Shown one piece after another: positions 58,574-64,000 of a DNA stretch of 64,000 bases. Positions within the stretch are counted from its first letter, which is position 1, and the number at the start of each line of letters is the position of its first letter. Both the position numbers and the translations under genes were made by a program. The stretch is taken from positions 301,186-365,185 of the forward strand of contig DASUKB010000001.1 of the NCBI GenBank assembly GCA_036278915.1. Reading direction: 5' to 3'. Source of the DNA: Patescibacteria group bacterium (GTDB lineage: Bacteria; Patescibacteriota; Doudnabacteria; UBA920; O2-02-FULL-48-8). The notes below the pieces were generated by a model. That model was not told the origin of the DNA, made no database searches, and saw only the letters and a list, made by a program, of their open reading frames with translations.

Positions 58574-58696
58574 CTAAAGACTGCTTTTTGGTTTGCCTAA
58601 CCGCAGTTTGACTTTTGCTTGAAGTTCCAAACCTTCGGCTTGCAAGTCCTTCATCCTGTTCCAGATTTCAATAAATCGATCCTGCCTATTCCTCAT
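58574..58696 (-). CDS. Possible 40-aa peptide
   Basis: AGGAG SD, MRNRQDRFIEIWNRMKDLQAEGLELQAKVKLRLGKPKSSL; overlaps upstream micro-ORF and runs into the terminator. Confidence 0.35.
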   Translation of the reverse strand: MRNRQDRFIEIWNRMKDLQAEGLELQAKVKLRLGKPKSSL

Positions 58697-58778
58697 TCAT
58701 CTCCTGTGAGTTTGAGGAACCACTGTCGGAACTCTGCGATCGACTGCGTTTGTTCTTGGCACCTTTGGTTCTGGCCAT
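58686..58778 (-). CDS. 30-aa micro-protein (basic N-terminus, Ser-rich)
   Basis: GGAGGTGA SD, MARTKGAKNKRSRSQSSDSGSSNSQEMNEE. Confidence 0.55.
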   Translation of the reverse strand: MARTKGAKNKRSRSQSSDSGSSNSQEMNEE

Positions 58779-58935
58779 AAGAATCACCTCCCAAATTGAT
58801 TAATGGTTGTAGTTGCCATTTAATACTATCCGGTTATAATTTGATATAAGTTAAGTATCCAAGCCCATCCACGGATTTGTTTTAGAATATTTTTCGCAGC
58901 TGTACAAAAAGCTGAACTACTGTTTATAAAAGGCC

Positions 58936-59079
58936 TTATCCAGTAATATGGCCGATTTGTTTACTGTTTTTTGTGGAGCGCATGGTTTTACCTGCCCCAG
59001 ACGCAATCCTTCCCATTTTAGCAATTCTTCGTTGCAGTTTGGCCGGAATTGGCGTAAAGAAAAGGCTTTTTTTGGACAT
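58936..59079 (-). CDS. 47-aa basic peptide
   Basis: AAGGA SD, MSKKSLFFTPIPAKLQRRIAKMGRIASGAGKTMRSTKNSKQIGHITG. Confidence 0.45.
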   Translation of the reverse strand: MSKKSLFFTPIPAKLQRRIAKMGRIASGAGKTMRSTKNSKQIGHITG

Positions 59080-59264
59080 AGTATTCCTTTTGGTTAATTT
59101 AGTTTATGATAAGTGGTCCGGATAAATTTTTAAATACGCACTTCTTCCAATCGCGACCAAATCAAAACTAAAAAGATGCGTCCTATTACAGCCCAAAATT
59201 CTAATGTTTGACTCTGCCAAAGCTTTGTGTCAGCATTATTATGGGACCGAGCCAAGGGGGTAAC

Positions 59265-59447
59265 ATGAGAAATTACATAAGCAACTTGCTGCTTACCTTG
59301 GGGATTTGTCTGATCTTGGAAGCACTGTTGACCATATTTGCCGTAAACTTTATGCCACACAGCGTGAAGGTTTACGGATACTTTTCCCTTGCCCTGGGAT
59401 TTGTCGTGACATCCATAACAAATCCAGGCCCAAACCGGAGGACCTAA
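59265..59447 (+). CDS. 60-aa two-TM membrane protein
   Basis: AAGGGGG SD before ATG 59265; two hydrophobic segments. Confidence 0.55.
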   Translation: MRNYISNLLLTLGICLILEALLTIFAVNFMPHSVKVYGYFSLALGFVVTSITNPGPNRRT

Positions 59448-59520
59448 TCACGCGAAGTTGCGATTAACCGCTTTCTTTTCTAGAAAAGAAAGCGGTATTC
59501 TGCCGCGATCGCGGCAAAGC

Positions 59521-59690
59521 AAAACCAGCCATTTCTGGCTGGTTTAATTTTAGCGTTTGCTGAATTGAAGCGACCGACTTGCTCTTTTAGGATGTAATAG
59601 TGCGAGCTTACCGCTTAGAGAATTGCGGTGATGCACTCGCCCTTTGGGCATCAGAATTGCTTGTGTATTGCTTTGGTAAATAGCTACCGT
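59521..59690 (-). other. Small promoter-terminator unit: sRNA or 33-aa basic peptide (59651-59550)
   Basis: TTGACA(59725-20)-17-TATACT, overlapping helices, terminator 59545-59521. Confidence 0.5.
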
Positions 59691-59705
59691 GAGAGCAGTA
59701 TAAAG

Positions 59706-59948
59706 CTATTGTCGGGAGGTGTCAAATGCTTTCTGTGACTTAATTGGGGATAATTTGTCGGGACGTTTTTTAGCAATTAATCCCATTTCACGAGCATACT
59801 TTAGATAGCGAGTAACTACGCGTTTATGGGGAGTTTTGCCCGTCAACGTCGGAGGCAGCAATTTAACGATCTCCGTTTCTGATAAGCCCATTTGCCGATA
59901 TTTAACAGTTAATTTGATATTTTCAATGTTTTTAGGTCTGCCTTGCAT
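59706..59948 (-). CDS. Small basic HTH-like protein (possible directionality factor or regulator)
   Basis: GRPK start, YRQMGLSETEIVKLL helix pattern; overlaps integrase 3' end; TATAAT 8 nt before ATG. Confidence 0.6.
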   Translation of the reverse strand: MQGRPKNIENIKLTVKYRQMGLSETEIVKLLPPTLTGKTPHKRVVTRYLKYAREMGLIAKKRPDKLSPIKSQKAFDTSRQ

Positions 59949-60859
59949 ATGGGCGTATTATAGACCGTTTTTGTCGGGGATGCAACGAGCATCCTGTTGA
60001 AAACTATTCGGTGCTGATCCTTGGCTCTGTCGATATCCAAGGCAGCATAATGCTTAAGAGTAGTCCGTTCGGACTTATGCCGGGCCAAATGCTGAACAGT
60101 CCGGATGTCCGTTTGATTCATCAAAAGCCAAGTGCAGAATGTTTTGCGTAAAATATGGAACCGCACCCGTTTTTTGAAACGCAGCTCTAAAACCACGCGG
60201 CGGAAATATCCCTTGGCTGAAGTATATGTCAGCCGGCCGCCGTCATTGCCGCGAAACAAATAATCCTCATCGTCCAGCCGGCCGCGGATATATCGATCCA
60301 GCCAAGCCTTAGCCCGTTCGGATAACAATACTTTTTCCGGTTGCTTGGATTTGCAATTGATAATTTTAACCTCATTATTTGTCCAATCAATATCCTGCTT
60401 ATTCAATGGCAGGGCCTCACCAATGCGCATGCCCGTGGCGACCAGTAATTCTATAAGCGCGCGCATACGCAGCTCCTCAATCCGGGTCGGGTTAAACGAT
60501 TCAAGCAGCGTTTCAAATTCCTCAGGAGTCAAATACTCGGGTGCTGGCCCGGCCGGCCCGCGAGGAATTTTTATATCTCGCCAATGGCAGGGGAGATTTG
60601 GTATACCCGATTCGTACAGGAAACGCCAATACACGCGGAAAACTGAAACTGTCCGTTGCGATCCATAGGCCCCATGCATCCGGCCGGAATGGATTATTCG
60701 GGCCAGATGAACCACCCGAAATTCCGAAACATCCATATCACCCACCGCCTCCGCAATTGCCTCCTCCAAAAATCTTTTGTTTTCTCTTATTGTTTTCGGT
60801 GATCTGCCAATTTTCCGCAGATAAACTAAAAAGTCCTCAAAGTGTTCTTTGATCATCAT
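59909..60859 (-). CDS. Tyrosine recombinase/integrase
   Basis: TGMRIGE (R), KSK (K), FHILRKT (HxxR), ARHKS (H), TTLKHY (Y): full catalytic set. Confidence 0.93.
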   Translation of the reverse strand: MMIKEHFEDFLVYLRKIGRSPKTIRENKRFLEEAIAEAVGDMDVSEFRVVHLARIIHSGRMHGAYGSQRTVSVFRVYWRFLYESGIPNLPCHWRDIKIPRGPAGPAPEYLTPEEFETLLESFNPTRIEELRMRALIELLVATGMRIGEALPLNKQDIDWTNNEVKIINCKSKQPEKVLLSERAKAWLDRYIRGRLDDEDYLFRGNDGGRLTYTSAKGYFRRVVLELRFKKRVRFHILRKTFCTWLLMNQTDIRTVQHLARHKSERTTLKHYAALDIDRAKDQHRIVFNRMLVASPTKTVYNTPICKADLKTLKISN

Positions 60860-60908
60860 ATGGGTACAATAAAACCCAATGTCTCCATTGGGCGGATTAA
60901 TATTTTAT

Positions 60909-61142
60909 CTAACGCACAAGTTCGCGCATCAGTTCCTTGCCAGCCGGACTATCCGCTGGGATCATGGTTGGGTTTTTGCATTTGGGGCAGATTTTCTGTT
61001 TGTTGGAGATCCTCCAGATCGAATAAAGCAATCCCGGCAGAATGATGAAAAGCCAAAGCACCAGCTCAACGGCAAAACTGCCCGGGGTCTTTTTTATCGG
61101 CTTTCCCACATAATGGCATGTGGTGCAAATCATTTGCGGCAT
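60909..61142 (-). CDS. Zinc-ribbon membrane protein (CxxC-TM-CxxC)
   Basis: CTTC, PGSFAVELVLWLFIILPGLLYSIWR, CPKC. Confidence 0.8.
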   Translation of the reverse strand: MPQMICTTCHYVGKPIKKTPGSFAVELVLWLFIILPGLLYSIWRISNKQKICPKCKNPTMIPADSPAGKELMRELVR

Positions 61143-61225
61143 AGATAGATTATTCCTATTAATTGCTTTAGCCTAAGCTTAGATTGAAATCGGAAGCTTT
61201 GTCAAGTCATAGAAAAATGGGGATG

Positions 61226-61456
61226 CTATAAAGCGTCCCCATTGAACTGCGCCACCCGGCGCATTTGGTTATCCTTTGCGCGTTGGACGCGCTGCAGGAT
61301 GTGGATAATTTCCGGCAATGTTCGGTTACCGAAAATATGATGGAGCATGTTGTGGCGTTCAATGCGAATCAAAAGCAGATTCCATCGCTCGTCACTGCTG
61401 CCATATCGCGACCGAGGTATCATGTGGTGCCGGTTTCGCCCCTTAAGCACCATCAT
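61226..61456 (-). CDS. Small HNH-like protein
   Basis: NRHHMIPRSRYG......NLLLI....HNMLHHIFGN. Confidence 0.7.
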   Translation of the reverse strand: MMVLKGRNRHHMIPRSRYGSSDERWNLLLIRIERHNMLHHIFGNRTLPEIIHILQRVQRAKDNQMRRVAQFNGDAL

Positions 61457-61685
61457 CCTCCCGGGCCGCGAGCTGCTTGCGATGCCGTTTTAGCGGTTCA
61501 CGCAAAGCCTTCAGAGGCATTGCCGGCATCCCTTGCATTTGCCGGGCAAAGTCGTAATTCATCAGGCCCTCACAATCCGGACAGAAGTCGAACACGATCG
61601 GAAAGATGAACTGGCCCTTGCATTCGGCGAACACTGCGCGGCAAACCAGGCAGACCAGATCAGTATGGCTGCACCTTTTTTCCAT
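61443..61685 (-). CDS. Small zinc-binding phage protein
   Basis: CLVC...CPDC, GAGG SD. Confidence 0.65.
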   Translation of the reverse strand: MEKRCSHTDLVCLVCRAVFAECKGQFIFPIVFDFCPDCEGLMNYDFARQMQGMPAMPLKALREPLKRHRKQLAAREDDGA

Positions 61686-61687
61686 GG

Positions 61688-61849
61688 CTACCTCGCTTCA
61701 TCCGGCACGTAGTTTTTGCCGGTTTTGACCCGGTAATCCTCGACGCAGGCTTTGTGAACGATCTGCCCATCGATGATCAGCGTCTTGCCGCACGCCATCA
61801 TCCAATCCGAAACGCGTTTCTCGCAAATCGCGCAATGTACTGGATCCAT
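61688..61849 (-). CDS. Small Cys/His phage protein
   Basis: GAGGAGG SD before MDPVHCAICE...HKAC. Confidence 0.65.
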   Translation of the reverse strand: MDPVHCAICEKRVSDWMMACGKTLIIDGQIVHKACVEDYRVKTGKNYVPDEAR

Positions 61850-61924
61850 ATTGTCCTCCTCACAAGATTTCGCCACTCCGGCCAGCATATGAGGATGGCC
61901 GGAATAACCAAATTTTGTAACAAG

Positions 61925-62356
61925 TCAGGGATTGTAATAACCGAGGATGGTAGGATCGCCAATGGCAACCTGCCGGCCCGCCGTTATCCGCCCGTGACTA
62001 TAATTTGATTCAATGAGAATAAGCTTTCCATTTGAGATCGCGGTAATCACCGCCACATGGCCGTAACTGAATATCACCACGCTGTTAATCTCAGGCGTAT
62101 AAGTCCGGGGCAGCAGATCTCCGCCATAGCCCCATCTCCCCGTCAGTCCGAGATAATGCTTTGCGAACTCAACGCAATTGCCGGCATAACTCTTTGCCGC
62201 AATTTTGGCCCGGGTTTGGGCCACGTAGTCGGCTTGCAACTGGATAACAACTCCCGGATCTGGCCGGTAAAGCGTCTGTTCGGGACTGAGCGGATCAATA
62301 TAATTGATCTTAAGTTGTGTAACTTTTTGCGCTTTGGCATTGATAGGCAGAATCAA
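61925..62356 (-). CDS. CHAP-like cell-wall hydrolase
   Basis: GNCVEFAK (Cys), YGHVAVI (His), IESNY; start uncertain. Confidence 0.8.
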   Translation of the reverse strand: MILPINAKAQKVTQLKINYIDPLSPEQTLYRPDPGVVIQLQADYVAQTRAKIAAKSYAGNCVEFAKHYLGLTGRWGYGGDLLPRTYTPEINSVVIFSYGHVAVITAISNGKLILIESNYSHGRITAGRQVAIGDPTILGYYNP

Positions 62357-62478
62357 ACTTATGATTAGAACGAATTTTAAGAACTTTATATTATACTCAC
62401 AGATTGCTTTCGCACCGCATCATTTTGCCGATGTTGGCAAAATGATCTCCCTCGCACTTAGCAATTAAGAATAAATAT

Positions 62479-62670
62479 TTAGTTTTGCCAGTTATATGCC
62501 TTTTCAATGGCAAGAAGTCCGCCCGAAATAAAGGCCGTCAACAGAGCCAAGCCTAATTTCTTCAAGTCAGTCGCACCAATTCCCACCGAAAGCAACACAC
62601 CAACTGAACCCAATCCGCCGGCGACGAACCCCTTTATAAACCGCATGACTACTGATTCCAATTTTGTCAT
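62479..62670 (-). CDS. Holin-like two-TM protein
   Basis: 63 aa, RFIKGFVAGGL...FISGGLLAIEKAYNW; follows peptidase. Confidence 0.7.
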   Translation of the reverse strand: MTKLESVVMRFIKGFVAGGLGSVGVLLSVGIGATDLKKLGLALLTAFISGGLLAIEKAYNWQN

Positions 62671-62700
62671 ATATTTTTTCCTTTCCTAATTCCGACCTTT

Positions 62701-63603
62701 TTAAACAGGATAAACAATCCGCGGCGCATCATCAGGCACTTCGTATTGCTTTTTTAAATCCTCAAACATTGCATCCGACTTTGCCCAGAACACCGTGTCC
62801 GTAAATATTCCATCTCCATCTACAGAAACCAAAACTCCTAACTTGCCGCCCTTCTGAACAATGTAACGCGCTATCATATTGCTCCTTTTTAGCAGGATAT
62901 ATGCATTTTTAAAGATATATCCCGAGTTAAAATAATTTTCTCTAATGTGGTGTTCAAAATGCCCCGATTGCGCACCAACAAAACTTGAATCGGTTATTAT
63001 GCATTTTTGGCCATCTTTACAGATGTGGTAACCCTTGCCCGACAAACAATGGCCTTCACCGCCGGCATTGGGCGAGGGTGGATTTGGATAGGTATAGTCC
63101 TCCCAGCCGGTATTGCCGATAGCCAGACCAAAGGTAACATTGCCAAAGTCCCTTATTGCTTGTGCAATTTGTTCTATTGTTCCGTTGGTATCAAAATAGC
63201 TTTTTTCGCGGTTAACCAGTGCCTGCGCCGGATTTTGTCCGTTTTTATCCCGCATATTTATCGGATTTTTCGGTTCCGGGTCAGGCAATTGATCTAGTGT
63301 TTGTTGCCCATATTTACAGATCCAATTGGGCCCATCGGCAAGGTTGGCACCTTGTCCCGGTTCCGGGAAGGCAATATTACTGAATAAACTTTTTACCGAA
63401 AACTGCTTCTGCTCTAGCCGCCAATGCACCTTGCTGTTGCCCTCACCCACACAGTCATCGGCAGTATGCTGGTTAGTATCGGGAGGGCGCGGCAAGATTA
63501 CAGGCTTATTCCAATCAATAGGCGCAACCGACGAAGCTACAAAACTTAGTTTATAGTTACGCGGATCGCGTATTCCTTCTTTTGCTCCAGGTTTTAATTC
63601 CAT
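62701..63603 (-). CDS. Papain-like cysteine peptidase (candidate endolysin)
   Basis: DPRNY, NQ.....CVG (Gln/Cys), GHCL...GY (His), DSSF; sits between XhlA-like and holin-like genes. Confidence 0.65.
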   Translation of the reverse strand: MELKPGAKEGIRDPRNYKLSFVASSVAPIDWNKPVILPRPPDTNQHTADDCVGEGNSKVHWRLEQKQFSVKSLFSNIAFPEPGQGANLADGPNWICKYGQQTLDQLPDPEPKNPINMRDKNGQNPAQALVNREKSYFDTNGTIEQIAQAIRDFGNVTFGLAIGNTGWEDYTYPNPPSPNAGGEGHCLSGKGYHICKDGQKCIITDSSFVGAQSGHFEHHIRENYFNSGYIFKNAYILLKRSNMIARYIVQKGGKLGVLVSVDGDGIFTDTVFWAKSDAMFEDLKKQYEVPDDAPRIVYPV

Positions 63604-63604
63604 A

Positions 63605-63922
63605 TTATTTTTTTAATACTGAATAGAGAATATAATCCCCAATAATATTGAGAATAATTAACGCTCCGGTTACCAGCCAACGGAATCGTTCCATGGCTCG
63701 CAATCTAGTTTCATGATCTGGGGATGGATCCTCCTCACGCAAGGTTTTTATCGCATCATTAAATTCCCGTCTAGTCACGAAGTCGGTTTTTATTTCTCGG
63801 ATATCCAATTTGATCTCGGCGATGCTTTGTTTGATATTAGCCGTCTCATTGGTATTAACCGCCAAGGAGGACTTGATATCGGATAATTCTTTTAGCACCG
63901 TTGTATGTTGTTCTTGATCCAT
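63605..63922 (-). CDS. Coiled-coil plus C-terminal TM protein (XhlA/holin-accessory-like)
   Basis: IAEIKLDIREIK, DHETRLRAMER.RW followed by TM. Confidence 0.7.
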   Translation of the reverse strand: MDQEQHTTVLKELSDIKSSLAVNTNETANIKQSIAEIKLDIREIKTDFVTRREFNDAIKTLREEDPSPDHETRLRAMERFRWLVTGALIILNIIGDYILYSVLKK

Positions 63923-64000
63923 TAGGCTATATCCTTATTTTGAGCGATAATTGCAATTCCATCTCCGCCAGTAACACCGTCAGCTGCAGTAGTATCAGTA
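63922..64000 (-). CDS. 3' end of an upstream phage gene (partial)
   Basis: Open frame TDTTAADGVTGGDGIAIIAQNKDIA* whose TAA overlaps the next ATG. Confidence 0.5.
   Translation of the reverse strand, partial: TDTTAADGVTGGDGIAIIAQNKDIA

Larger units (their letters stand above)
59706..64000 (-). mobile_element. Probable prophage end (integrase, small accessory genes, lysis module), continuing beyond window
   Basis: Tyrosine integrase plus holin-like, CHAP, papain-like and XhlA-like genes, all on the minus strand; att site not located. Confidence 0.75.

Noticed and set aside
1-64000. Alternative genetic code (TGA recoded as Gly)
   Set aside because: Conserved genes are full length under code 11, and some (acylphosphatase, hpf, murC) end in TGA at the expected length

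Overview
Mostly housekeeping chromosome of a small-genome bacterium. Gene content and style (VirB4-like ATPase module, sortase, many genes with a -10 box 5-8 nt before the ATG, REP-like hairpins and heptamer repeats) suggest Patescibacteria/CPR; this is inference, not a database result. The window carries ftsEX, rplI, pyrG, rpmA, iscS, gltX, def-fmt, two tandem GH113-like secreted glycosidases, htpX-lemA, tRNA-Gln(CTG), ppa, mnmA, secDF, msrAB, secA, a deoxyhypusine-synthase/SpeD pair, hpf, murBCG, glycosyltransferases, RNase P RNA, typA and one end of a probable prophage (integrase, holin, two lysin candidates). The least explained signal is a set of self-contained units with near-consensus sigma70 promoters (17-bp spacers) and intrinsic terminators that the ORF track misses. 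Three are densely structured orphan RNAs: about 590 nt at 55.4-56.0 kb, about 290 nt at 21.4-21.7 kb and about 215 nt at 23.6-23.8 kb. The others are strong-Shine-Dalgarno micro-ORFs. The 590-nt RNA has long-range helices, pseudoknot-type pairings, a hairpin loop identical to the 16S rRNA 790 loop and a terminal AAGGAGGUG followed by a 3-codon ORF. All RNA structures were found by eye and none were computed.
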